A stretch of DNA of 64,000 bases from Oculatellaceae cyanobacterium bins.114. GTDB taxonomy: Bacteria; Cyanobacteriota; Cyanobacteriia; Elainellales; Elainellaceae. The notes under the pieces are model-generated. The model worked only from the letters and a program-made list of their open reading frames with translations. It was not told the DNA's origin and did no database searches. The DNA is taken from positions 14,829 through 78,828 of the forward strand of contig JANRJA010000212.1 of NCBI GenBank assembly GCA_033764315.1, written 5' to 3'. Below, piece by piece: positions 37,750-47,364 of the stretch. The number at the start of each line of letters is the position of its first letter. Within the stretch, counting starts at the first letter, position 1. The translations under genes were made by a program, and so were the position numbers.

Positions 37750-40113
37750 ATGAACTGGACTTTGGGACACCGAATTTGGCGTAAGCTCAATCGCTGGCAA
37801 CGGGGAGGAGTGCGACTTCTTCTGGTGATTGTGCTGTTGGGGCTAACTGTGCGATCGCTCCCCTATTTGGCTCCAATTCGCGCAACCGATATTGCCCAAG
37901 ATGACCAGGCAGTGACTTTTCGCGATCGCCACGGTTCATTACTGGGAACTCTTCTCACCCGCGACCAAGAGCACACAACAGTTGTTCCACTCGATCAGGT
38001 CTCGCCTCATTTCCTCTATGCTATGATTGCCGCTGAAGACAAGCGGTTTTATCAGCATGGAGCCGTGGATTGGTGGGCAGTGGGACGGGCGATCGCAGAA
38101 GCAATTCAGGCGCGTCACATTGTTAGCGGTGCTTCAACGATTACGATGCAACTGGCGCGAATGCTAGAACCGACTCCCGTAACGCTGTGGGGCAAGGCTC
38201 AAGAAGTCTGGCTGGCATGGCGACTGGCAGCGGGTATGAGCAAGGATGAGATTTTGCAAGCGTATGTCAACCGTTTGCCAATGGGCGGCAATATCTATGG
38301 GGTAGAAGCAGCAGCACGCGTTTACTTTGGCTTACCAGCGCGAGATCTGACGATCGCTCAAGCGAGTTTGTTGGCAGGGTTGCCCAATGACCCCAATAAC
38401 CTCAACCCTTATACCCGGTTAATTCCGTTGCGGCAACGGCAGGGATATGTGTTGGCACGAATGGTAGAGGATGGTTACATCACTCCGGCACAAGCTGATC
38501 GGGCAGGCAGTGGAGCGATCGCCCTACAACCCCGAGAACAGGGCATTGTCGCGGCTCCGCATTATCTGTTTTGGTTGGCGGATCAGTTGCCGACAGATCA
38601 CCCATCTCAAATTCGCACAACATTGGATCTGCCTCTGCAACAGTTTGTCGAGGCGCAGGTGAAGCAAGTCATTCAGTCGTTGGCCGCCAATAACGTGCAT
38701 CAGGCAGCCGCGATCGTGCTCGATAACCATTCGGGAGAGGTGTTGGCGTATGTCGGCTCTACCGATTATTTTTTGGATGCTCAAATGGGGCGCAACGATG
38801 GCGTTCAAGCCTTGCGTCAACCGGGTTCGACTCTCAAGCCGTTTCTCTATGAACTGGCTTTAGAGAAGCGAGTGATTCGCCCCAACACGATCTTGGCAGA
38901 TGTCCCCACTTACTACGCCATTCCTGGAGCGCGGCTCTATAGCCCCACTGATTATAGTGAGACGTTTCAAGGGCCGGTGCGGGTGCGGATTGCTCTGGCT
39001 AATTCGTTGAATGTGCCTGCGGTGCGAGTGTTAGAACAAGTGGGAGTCGCTTCATTTCTGGAACGGTTACACGAACTGGGGTTTAAGCATTTGACCCATC
39101 CTCCAGAACACTACGGATTGGGGTTAACGTTGGGCAGTGGTGAGGTCAATTTGTGGGAGTTGGCGCATGCGTATCGGATGTTGGCATGTCAGGGTGGAAG
39201 AGGCGCGATTAATCGCGTCTGCACTGAAGCAGGAGAGAGCTTATCTCGCTACACAGAACACACAGACGCAACCTGGGCACTGATTACGGATATGTTGAGC
39301 GATCGCCATGCCCGGGCGCGATCATTTGGTGTAGATTCCGTGCTCAGTTTGCCGTTTCCAACAGCGGTCAAAACAGGCACCTCCTCCGATTTTCGCGATA
39401 CCTGGACAGTGGGTTTCACCACTGATTACACCGTTGCAACTTGGGTCGGCAATTTCGACGGTGCGCCCATGCATCAGGTGTCGGGGGTCACGGGAGCCGC
39501 ACCGCTGTGGAGTCGAATTTTGTTACATCTACACGAACACCGAGAACCGAATACATTTCCCACTCCTAACGAGTTTCCTAACGGTTTGGTGCAGCGTCCC
39601 ATATGCGCGATATCAGGGGCACGTCCTACCCCAGCCTGTTCAACGGTGGTGCAGGAATATCTTTATCCCGAAGACCTCTATGCCTATGAGCATCAGCCAG
39701 ATCCGTTTTATGGAGCGATCGCCACAACCCATAACTCTGCTCAACTGCGGTTGCCCCCCGAATACAACGAGTGGCTGGCAATGCAGCAACAACCGACCCT
39801 CGACCCCGATCAACTCCGCATTTTGGTGCCTCAAACAGGTGATTATTTTTTAGTAGCAGCAAATGTGACTGCTGGAACCAGTTCTCGGCTAGAGTTCAAA
39901 GTGACAGGACGACACAACCAGCCTGTGGAATGGTGGCTCAATGGGGAAAAGATTGCTGCGCAATCGTCAGACTCTTTATTTTGGACATTGCGCCCCGGTC
40001 AGTGGAGATTGCAGGTCAAAAGTGGCGACAGGGCAGATCAGGTAACGTTTGAGGTACACGTGCCCGAGCCAACCCATAGCCCTCAGCGAGGTTTTTCTAC
40101 GGTGGGACAATAG
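37750..40113 (+). CDS. pbpC: Penicillin-binding protein 1C
   Basis: EDKRFYQH.. and GASTITMQLAR glycosyltransferase motifs; GSTLKPF, SLN, KTGTS; C-terminal BiPBP_C-like W.LNG domain. Confidence 0.92.
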   Translation: MNWTLGHRIWRKLNRWQRGGVRLLLVIVLLGLTVRSLPYLAPIRATDIAQDDQAVTFRDRHGSLLGTLLTRDQEHTTVVPLDQVSPHFLYAMIAAEDKRFYQHGAVDWWAVGRAIAEAIQARHIVSGASTITMQLARMLEPTPVTLWGKAQEVWLAWRLAAGMSKDEILQAYVNRLPMGGNIYGVEAAARVYFGLPARDLTIAQASLLAGLPNDPNNLNPYTRLIPLRQRQGYVLARMVEDGYITPAQADRAGSGAIALQPREQGIVAAPHYLFWLADQLPTDHPSQIRTTLDLPLQQFVEAQVKQVIQSLAANNVHQAAAIVLDNHSGEVLAYVGSTDYFLDAQMGRNDGVQALRQPGSTLKPFLYELALEKRVIRPNTILADVPTYYAIPGARLYSPTDYSETFQGPVRVRIALANSLNVPAVRVLEQVGVASFLERLHELGFKHLTHPPEHYGLGLTLGSGEVNLWELAHAYRMLACQGGRGAINRVCTEAGESLSRYTEHTDATWALITDMLSDRHARARSFGVDSVLSLPFPTAVKTGTSSDFRDTWTVGFTTDYTVATWVGNFDGAPMHQVSGVTGAAPLWSRILLHLHEHREPNTFPTPNEFPNGLVQRPICAISGARPTPACSTVVQEYLYPEDLYAYEHQPDPFYGAIATTHNSAQLRLPPEYNEWLAMQQQPTLDPDQLRILVPQTGDYFLVAANVTAGTSSRLEFKVTGRHNQPVEWWLNGEKIAAQSSDSLFWTLRPGQWRLQVKSGDRADQVTFEVHVPEPTHSPQRGFSTVGQ
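39199..39224. repeat. REP-like palindrome inside pbpC
   Basis: AGGCGCGATT/AATCGCGTCT inverted repeat, 9 of 10 pairs plus one G-T. Confidence 0.55.
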
Positions 40114-40165
40114 GAAGCAGGTGCAAGTCCTCTGAGCTGTCACCGACTCCCTAACCCCATGCTAC

Positions 40166-41635
40166 TTATCCAAATCCACCTGTGATGGAGCGAATCAAAC
40201 TGGGAAGCGGCCCTTGACTCGATAAGAATCCGAGCACATCTTTTAAGCTCTCTAAATTGGCAGGCAGATCCGTTAACAATGTGTCAGCGGCGACGATTTG
40301 ATTCCAATCCAACGGTTTGACGATTTGTGCTGGGTTGACAGATTTCATCACTTGCAAGATCTCATAGGCAACAACCCCATAGCCAATGGTCGTGGGGTGA
40401 ATGCCATCTAAGCTAAAAATGCCACCTTGATGGCGATCGCCCGGTGCAGCATCCGGTTTTAACCGCAGATAACGGGTATCTAAAATGGGTTTGCCATCAG
40501 TGGTGAAGCGATCTTGCGTAGTTGGGTTTGACCTCAACGCCTGCACTAATTCTGCTGGAAAGGTGTAAACAGGTTTGCCCCCTTGCCGTCGATAGGCAAG
40601 ACGATCGAGCACATCACAAAAATCAACGACATGCCACCCTCGTTTATTGGCTTCAGCGGCGATCGCCTCGTTGTATTCATCAATCACCTGATCAATTAGC
40701 CGAGCATCCTCTCCGGTCAATGCCGGATATTGATTGGGGGCTTTGGCAAAATCGTTATCCCAGACCCAAAAGTGGGTGTAGTAGTCGTAATAGCCCCCAG
40801 AAGAGCGGTCTTGGTCAAGGGTTTTTCCGGGTGAAATGCCACGACTGACTGGGGGAATGGTCACATGAGGAACTGTCCCCACAAACACATTTTTGACCCC
40901 GATCGCCGCCACTTTATCGGCCACCCGACTTAACAATTGGCGGAAATGCTCAGGTCTCCACAAGGTACAACTGCGCTCATGAGACAACCGATTGATGTCA
41001 GCCGCTTGTGACCAAACAATTTTGAGATTGCCCACTGTGCCCAGGCAATTATTGCTGCCCAACCAAAACACCAAATTGTCGATGCCTCCTTGAGATTGGG
41101 CGATCACCTCAGCCGCTTTAACTTGAGATAACTCTTCATACTGTGGCAAAAATTGAGGGTTGAGCGATCGCTGTGCTGTGCGGTACATTGCAAACTCAGG
41201 AATCTGGCTGAGCAGATCATCCTTTGCCTTGGGAATCGTTCGCCGACAAATACTTGCGGTTAGGGTGTCGCAGTCGCCCAACTCAAACCCCCAAACAGAT
41301 AGATTGTGGTGCAATGGCCCAGTGGGTGAGGGTTCGGTGCCCTCTCCTCGCTCCCAATAATCTTCTACCCGATCCATAAAACTACGAACACTCAACAATG
41401 CCATTGGCACTTCTAACCAATTCACTTTGGCCCCATATCGACGGGCTAGCAGTCGAAACAACTGCTCTAAATTGAGTGGTAGGCCCCCTTCTCCCTGAAA
41501 ATCAGGAACGTTGAAGTCGCTGATTCCCAGGCACTCCGCCAGCATTTGAGGATAGGAAAAGTGGGTTTTACAGATACTGCCGTTGATAAATCCTTGAGAG
41601 AGACTGTCTCCAATGACAACGAGTTTAGCAGGCAT
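40166..41635 (-). CDS. SGNH/GDSL-like hydrolase
   Basis: Block I IGDSLSQG, block III WLGSNN, block V SLDGIHP. Confidence 0.8.
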   Translation of the reverse strand: MPAKLVVIGDSLSQGFINGSICKTHFSYPQMLAECLGISDFNVPDFQGEGGLPLNLEQLFRLLARRYGAKVNWLEVPMALLSVRSFMDRVEDYWERGEGTEPSPTGPLHHNLSVWGFELGDCDTLTASICRRTIPKAKDDLLSQIPEFAMYRTAQRSLNPQFLPQYEELSQVKAAEVIAQSQGGIDNLVFWLGSNNCLGTVGNLKIVWSQAADINRLSHERSCTLWRPEHFRQLLSRVADKVAAIGVKNVFVGTVPHVTIPPVSRGISPGKTLDQDRSSGGYYDYYTHFWVWDNDFAKAPNQYPALTGEDARLIDQVIDEYNEAIAAEANKRGWHVVDFCDVLDRLAYRRQGGKPVYTFPAELVQALRSNPTTQDRFTTDGKPILDTRYLRLKPDAAPGDRHQGGIFSLDGIHPTTIGYGVVAYEILQVMKSVNPAQIVKPLDWNQIVAADTLLTDLPANLESLKDVLGFLSSQGPLPSLIRSITGGFG

Positions 41636-41780
41636 GGAATTTTCTCTGGCTTCAGTAGCGATTTGTCATTTTGATAACACTTCATCGCTTGCGATCGCCC
41701 AAGCTTTAACATCTATTAATTTGTCCTTGATGCAGCAAAGATTTTAAAGTTGAGGGTTATTGAATCCATCGGTAGCCCTG

Positions 41781-41869
41781 AACTCCTCAGTTTCAAAGGA
41801 CGGGAATGAGGTTCCTTTGAGAAGACAGACGAGAAACTGGGGATCTATCCCCCAGGGTGCGCATCGCGT
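41781..41869. mobile_element. Decayed miniature element related to 63206-63316
   Basis: Shares the exact 19-mer ACGAGAAACTGGGGATCTA and the TGCRCATCGCGT end. Confidence 0.6.
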
Positions 41870-41975
41870 TGAAATCGTTTTAGAGCACTCTCCATCTCAT
41901 AACCGAGCTGATAAATCCTTGAGGACTGCTATATCATTAGAAACGTGTCATTTTGGGCAGGCAAAGGAGCAGAGA

Positions 41976-42698
41976 GTGCCAACCTTAGGCGTAAATATTG
42001 ACCACATTGCTACGATTCGGCAGGCACGACGAACGGTGGAGCCTGATCCGGTAGCGGCAGCTGTGTTGGCAGAGCTAGCTGGAGCCGATGGCATCACAGT
42101 GCATTTGCGAGAAGATCGGCGACATATTCAAGATCGAGACGTGCGCCTGTTGCGGCAAACCGTGCGGACTCATCTCAATTTAGAAATGGCGGCAACGGAT
42201 GAAATGGTGGCGATCGCCCTCGACATTCACCCTGACTATGTGACCCTTGTCCCAGAACGCCGTGAAGAAGTCACTACCGAAGGCGGCTTGGATATTGTTG
42301 GTCAAAAAGATCGGATGGGGGAGGTAGTCGCTCAACTGCAAGGAGCAGGCATTCCAGTGAGTTTGTTTATCGATGCGGATCCGGATCAAATTGCGGCTTC
42401 TGCGGCGGTCAACGCTCAGTTTATCGAGTTGCATACTGGGCAATATGCCGACGCTAAGGATGAGTCAAGCCGGACTCAAGAATTAGCGGTTTTAGCAGAG
42501 GGATGTCAACAGGCGATCGCCACAGGTTTGCGAGTCAATGCTGGGCACGGACTAACGTATTGGAATGTTTATCCGATCGCTTGTTTACAAGGCATGGAAG
42601 AATTGAATATTGGACATACCATTGTCAGCCGTGCTGTTTTGGTCGGCATGGAGCGGGCAGTCCGTGAGATGAAACAAGCCATCCGAGGGGAGTTATAA
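41976..42698 (+). CDS. pdxJ: Pyridoxine 5'-phosphate synthase
   Basis: [51 protein letters not shown] start after AAGGAG. Confidence 0.97.
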   Translation: MPTLGVNIDHIATIRQARRTVEPDPVAAAVLAELAGADGITVHLREDRRHIQDRDVRLLRQTVRTHLNLEMAATDEMVAIALDIHPDYVTLVPERREEVTTEGGLDIVGQKDRMGEVVAQLQGAGIPVSLFIDADPDQIAASAAVNAQFIELHTGQYADAKDESSRTQELAVLAEGCQQAIATGLRVNAGHGLTYWNVYPIACLQGMEELNIGHTIVSRAVLVGMERAVREMKQAIRGEL

Positions 42699-42768
42699 GG
42701 CATTTGTTGCCCTTCTAAATGGTTCTTGTGCTGTTGATACTGATTTAATTCCTGATCAAAAACTAACT

Positions 42769-43101
42769 ATGACGACTTATCACTACGTTTTGACCAGTCA
42801 AAAATTTCTCTTAGAAGAAGAACCCATCGAAGAAGTTTTGCGGGAGCGTACCCGTTACTATCACGAACAAGAAAAGGAAATTGACTTTTGGTTAGTGACT
42901 CAACCTGCCTTTTTAGAAGCCCCTGAGCTGGCTGCGGTCAAAGCTCAATGTCCTCAACCAGCGGCAGCCATTATTTCTACCAATCCCCAATTTATTACCT
43001 GGCTCAAGCTGCGCTTAGAGTTTGTGCTTACGGGTGAGTTTCAATCGCCATCCGATACGATTCCCAATCCAACAGCATCCTTGGCAAGTGCTGAGCGTTA
43101 A
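42769..43101 (+). CDS. ycf54: MgPME cyclase complex protein Ycf54
   Basis: SQKFLLEEEP.EEVLRER..Y...KEIDFWLV..PAFL...FITWLKLRLEFV. Confidence 0.93.
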   Translation: MTTYHYVLTSQKFLLEEEPIEEVLRERTRYYHEQEKEIDFWLVTQPAFLEAPELAAVKAQCPQPAAAIISTNPQFITWLKLRLEFVLTGEFQSPSDTIPNPTASLASAER

Positions 43102-43112
43102 TAAAAAAATGT

Positions 43113-44057
43113 ATGGCTCGGATCAATTCACAGGTTGGGTTTATGGGTTGGGCAATTCTCCCTTTGGGGCAACTGATTGGCATCACCAGTGCGATTGCAG
43201 TTCCCCTTTTGGGATGGGGCTTGAGTCAGAGAGCGATCGCTCAAACCTCACCCCCCTGTGACCCTCCTGGTGCAAATGAGTATTTATTGATGGTGGTCTA
43301 TCGATCGCCTGAATCTCAAAGCCAGTTAGAACAAGCCTTGCCCCGCAATACAACGACGACGGTTTGTGATTACCTTGGCACCACTGTAACCCGAGTAGGA
43401 GGCTTTACAGATTTGGATGTTGCCAACTCCTGGGCACAGTTTTTGGCAGATATTGGTGGTTTGCAAGCTTTTGTGGCTCGTCCCGCTGAGGCCGCCCCAA
43501 CGCCTCAGGCTTCACCAGACCCGACGGTGACACCACCTGCGACTCCTCAACCAGACCCTACAGCAACTGCACCTCAGCCTTTCCCGTCGCCTGGAGCGCA
43601 ACCTGACCCGACACCGGGCGAGCTACCTACCCCTGGGGCAACAGCCTCTGAATTGGCTCCCACTCCGTTTCCTCAGCCTACTCCAGTTCCGACCCCACAG
43701 CCTTCGCTTAGCCCTGCACCTCAAGCCGCTCCATCACCCACACTCAGCCCATCACCCACACCCGGTCCATCGGCTGACACCAGGGTGGCCTACAACCCTC
43801 AAGTGTTGGGGACGGGGTACGCCGTGTTAGTCGATTATGCCAATCGACCTGAAGTGGCTAGCCAACTCCAACAGGTAGTGACAAGTCCGGTTGGGTTAGT
43901 GTCTTATGAACAGCGTCCCTATCTGTTGGCAACCTATACCAGTGATCTGACCACTGCCGCGACTCTATTGCGAACTTTGAGCGATCGTAATTTTTCGGCG
44001 GTGATTGTAGACAGTCGGCGGGCTGTGTTGCTGACTCCACAAGTTGTGATTGAGTAG
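43113..44057 (+). CDS. Secreted hypothetical protein: two related small domains joined by a Pro-rich linker
   Basis: Signal-like N-terminus ending AIAQ; long PTP/SP linker; YL/YAVLV-containing domains at both ends. Confidence 0.75.
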   Translation: MARINSQVGFMGWAILPLGQLIGITSAIAVPLLGWGLSQRAIAQTSPPCDPPGANEYLLMVVYRSPESQSQLEQALPRNTTTTVCDYLGTTVTRVGGFTDLDVANSWAQFLADIGGLQAFVARPAEAAPTPQASPDPTVTPPATPQPDPTATAPQPFPSPGAQPDPTPGELPTPGATASELAPTPFPQPTPVPTPQPSLSPAPQAAPSPTLSPSPTPGPSADTRVAYNPQVLGTGYAVLVDYANRPEVASQLQQVVTSPVGLVSYEQRPYLLATYTSDLTTAATLLRTLSDRNFSAVIVDSRRAVLLTPQVVIE

Positions 44058-44167
44058 GGCGATCGCAAAATTCTTTGTCAATTCCAAAAATTTACTGTTC
44101 TAGCACAAACGTTCCGTAAAAAGTAAAAGAGCGTCAAGTTCTGCGTTTACTTAGATCTGGGGCGAAA

Positions 44168-46723
44168 ATGCCAGTCGAGTCAAATCATCCGCATCATCAA
44201 TCCAAGTCTCATCAGCAAAACGGCTACTCTGGCCCTCCAGTGATCGTTTCTGCCCCGGTTGCAGCAATGTATCGACAGGACGACCTGGATCTAGCTCAAA
44301 TTTTGAAGATCATTCAGCGACGTGGCTGGCTGATGGCGAGTGTGGCGATCGCTGTAACCTCCACCATTTGGGGATGGACCTTGACCCGCACCCCCATCTA
44401 TCGAGGCGAGTTTCGCGTGCTCGTAGAAGAAGTCAGCGAAACAGACCCCTCGCAGCAGTTGCTTCAAGACAATCAAATTCAGCTTTCTCCTACCTTTGAC
44501 TATTCCACTCAGATCGAGGTGTTGCGAAGTCCAGCCTTGTTGGAACCGATCGCCGAACGCCTGCGCCAAGACTATCCTGATATTAACGCTGGCTTATTAG
44601 CTGGAGGACTGGTGATTAGTCGGTTGCGAGACACCAAAGTGTTATCGGTAAGCTATCTCGGCACTGACCCTGACAAAATTCAAGCGGTGTTAGAAGAAGT
44701 CTCTAACTCCTATCTGGATTACAGCTATCAAGAGCGTCGCACCAGCCTGCAACAAGGGGTTGAGTTTGTTGACAGTCAGTTACCAGACCTGCGGGAACGG
44801 GTCAACACCCTGCAAGTGCGGTTAGAAAAATTTCGTCAGGAATATAGTCTGATAGATCCAGAATCGCGGGGCAACGATCTGTCGAGTCTGATCAGTGGGG
44901 TTGAAAAGCAACGCCAAGAAACCCAAACTCAACTGAGTGAAGCGCGATCGCTCTATAACACACTTCAAAATCAGCTAGGATTTAGCCCAGATCAGGCACT
45001 GGCAGCCTCCGCGTTAAGTGAGTCACCCCGATATCAAAGCCTGTTAAACCAGATTCGAGAGGTGGAGTCGCAAATTGCGGTTGAAACAGCCCGTTGGCAA
45101 CCAGGCCACTATGCGATCGCCACGTTAGAAGACAAACGAGCTGAACTCTTACCCTTGTTAGATGCTGAAGCTGAGCGAATTTTGGGGGAACGGGCAACCT
45201 CGAATGTGAATAGCAACCTCACCCCCACCTCACTAGAGTTGAGTAAACAGTTAGTCAGCACTGCCAATCAAGTAAAAGTATTAGAAGCTCGCAGTGGTGC
45301 CCTGACCGAGGTAGAGGCACGCCTCAAAAATGAGTTTGAGCTAGTACCTGCTCTTGCCAGAGAATATACCGATTTACAGCGAGAACTAAAGATCGCCACC
45401 GAGAGCCTCAACCGCTTTTTGTCTACTCGTGAAACGTTACAAATTGATGCGGCACAAAAATCAACCCCCTGGGAACTGCTGTCAGGTCCAGCCACACCTC
45501 AAACCCCCATTTCCCCCAATGTGCCCCGCAATCTGGCAATGGGAGCGATCGCCGGATTGTTACTGGCCGCAGTTGCCGCCGCGATCGCCGAAAAACTAGA
45601 TTCGGTCTTCCATTCTCCCGATGAAATTAAAGCCGTTACCAAGTTGCCATTATTGGGGGTTATTCCCTTTGCTAAAAGCCTGCAAGTTAGCTCTGCCTCA
45701 ACCGAAGAAACTAGTTTATCGTCTGCTTCAGAATCAGAACTACGGAGTCAGGGGAGTCACCTGACTCAAACGATTACAACGTCGGAACCGTCGTCTTACA
45801 AAACCTCTCCCTTCTTTGAATCGTTTCGCTCGTTCTACGCCAACATTCGCTTTCTCAGTTCTGACACGCCCATTCGCTCACTGGTTATTAGCTCGGCAGC
45901 ACCCGGAGAAGGCAAATCTACAACTTCAGTGCACCTGGCTAAAGCAGCGGCGGCAATGGGGCAACGAGTGCTGTTGATCGATGCTGATTTGCGTTGTCCT
46001 CAGATACATAGCCGCTTAAACTTGCCTAACTTACGGGGATTGAGTAACGCGATCGTCAATGAACTGTCATTACAGCAAGTGATCCAGCGATCGCCTGGAG
46101 ACGAAAATCTATGTGTTATTACCGCCGGGCCTGTGCCTCCCGACCCGATTAAACTGCTCTCGTCTCGACGTATGCAAAACCTCATGGCACAGGTGCGAAC
46201 TCAGTTTGATCTGGTGATTTACGACATGCCCCCATTACTGGGCTTTGCTGATAGCAATCTTCTGGCCGCTCATACCGATGGCATGGTTCTCGTTGTTGGA
46301 TTGGGCAAAACCGATCGAGCCGCCCTCGGTCAAGCACTCGAAGCCCTCAAGATCTCTCCGATTCCTGTTCTGGGGCTTGTGGCAAATGGCATTCGGGCTT
46401 ACACCACCCATCCCTATAGCTACTATCGCTACCACCGCTACTACACTCAACAGACTCGCTCCTCTGACTTAAATGGCAGTCTGCCCGTGGTGCAAGCTTC
46501 TCAATCTCGCAACCCTGATAACAATGGGAATGGCTTCGGTGATCTGGGTAGCTGGTTAACCTCTAAAGTGGGCATGTTGGTTGTTGGAGGTGTGACGGTC
46601 GCGGTGTTACTGATGACGATGGTTTGGTTGACCTACATTCGCCTCAATTCCCCTAATCAGCCTCCTCGTTCTGCGGCTCCCACCCAGCCCACGGCAACCC
46701 AGCCCACCCTTGATGCTCCCTGA
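44168..46723 (+). CDS. Wzc/GumC-like polysaccharide co-polymerase and tyrosine autokinase
   Basis: Wzz N-terminus with TM, coiled coil, PISP..PRN TM2, Walker A GEGKST, LLIDADLR, YDMPP, Tyr cluster YSYYRYHRYY. Confidence 0.93.
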   Translation: MPVESNHPHHQSKSHQQNGYSGPPVIVSAPVAAMYRQDDLDLAQILKIIQRRGWLMASVAIAVTSTIWGWTLTRTPIYRGEFRVLVEEVSETDPSQQLLQDNQIQLSPTFDYSTQIEVLRSPALLEPIAERLRQDYPDINAGLLAGGLVISRLRDTKVLSVSYLGTDPDKIQAVLEEVSNSYLDYSYQERRTSLQQGVEFVDSQLPDLRERVNTLQVRLEKFRQEYSLIDPESRGNDLSSLISGVEKQRQETQTQLSEARSLYNTLQNQLGFSPDQALAASALSESPRYQSLLNQIREVESQIAVETARWQPGHYAIATLEDKRAELLPLLDAEAERILGERATSNVNSNLTPTSLELSKQLVSTANQVKVLEARSGALTEVEARLKNEFELVPALAREYTDLQRELKIATESLNRFLSTRETLQIDAAQKSTPWELLSGPATPQTPISPNVPRNLAMGAIAGLLLAAVAAAIAEKLDSVFHSPDEIKAVTKLPLLGVIPFAKSLQVSSASTEETSLSSASESELRSQGSHLTQTITTSEPSSYKTSPFFESFRSFYANIRFLSSDTPIRSLVISSAAPGEGKSTTSVHLAKAAAAMGQRVLLIDADLRCPQIHSRLNLPNLRGLSNAIVNELSLQQVIQRSPGDENLCVITAGPVPPDPIKLLSSRRMQNLMAQVRTQFDLVIYDMPPLLGFADSNLLAAHTDGMVLVVGLGKTDRAALGQALEALKISPIPVLGLVANGIRAYTTHPYSYYRYHRYYTQQTRSSDLNGSLPVVQASQSRNPDNNGNGFGDLGSWLTSKVGMLVVGGVTVAVLLMTMVWLTYIRLNSPNQPPRSAAPTQPTATQPTLDAP

Positions 46724-46756
46724 TCCAATCTCTGTCCTTAGTACAACTCGTCGTAA

Positions 46757-46845
46757 ATAGGGGTGGGAATTTGGGGTGCAGGGGTTTCACCCCTGGCTGG
46801 GGGCTGCGCCCCCACACCCCCTTGGTTTTATTGCCGAACCCTATC
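46757..46845. mobile_element. Miniature element with ATAGGGT...ACCCTAT ends and GGGGTGCAGGGG core
   Basis: Terminal inverted repeat; 48-nt core near-identical to that of 52094-52196. Confidence 0.75.
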
Positions 46846-46990
46846 TGTGAAAAGCAGTACTTAGAGTCGAGCTTGGGTTTAATCCTACAAATTTGAGAAC
46901 CAAGCTTTGGGGAACCACCCATTGCCGAATGTGGAGCGTGTTGAATCAGGGCTACGCTACGTTGCGTCAGCCTTGCTGAATGCTGTGTTA

Positions 46991-47103
46991 CACCCATTCT
47001 CCAAATTCGAGCTACTGATCAGGCTGCCTTCGACTGCGCTCAGTCAGCGTCCTCTGAGCGTAGTCGAAGGGGACATCTGTAGGAATACTTTAAGGAATTG
47101 GTA
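46991..47103 (-). mobile_element. 113-bp miniature element, inverted copy of 18842-18954, flanked by TTA repeats
   Basis: Direct alignment of the reverse complement. Confidence 0.85.
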
Positions 47104-47106
47104 TTA

Positions 47107-47147
47107 CACCACTTCTATAAATTTGGGCTACTCATCAATATTCCTCA
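47107..47147 (-). mobile_element. End fragment of the 17556/20852 element family
   Basis: AAATTTGGGCTACTCATCAATAT is the reverse complement of the right part of 17556-17622. Confidence 0.65.
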
Positions 47148-47364
47148 TTTCACCTGCTGGGAACAATCTCAACCAAGGCAATGTCGTGGAGCAGAAGACC
47201 ATGCCAGTAGCTTGAACTGTAGATGAACGGTTGCTATTCAACTCGACCTGATTGAATTCCCTCTGTGGATCAATGACGGTTGAAATTTTTAAGCGTTAAA
47301 AGAGATATAGACGAAGTTCGGAGAAAATTTCGCTCTGAATTGACCTGTTTTGGGAGGAAAACCC

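Noticed and set aside
41760..41975. 72-aa N-terminal extension of PdxJ in the ORF track
   Set aside because: It runs through a repeat element; the conserved start is the GTG at 41976 with an SD.
46653..47215. ORFs 46653-46997 and 46907-47215 (also 1187-1375, 49458-49775, 52084-52293, 63109-63294)
   Set aside because: They are translations of repeat elements or tandem repeats.
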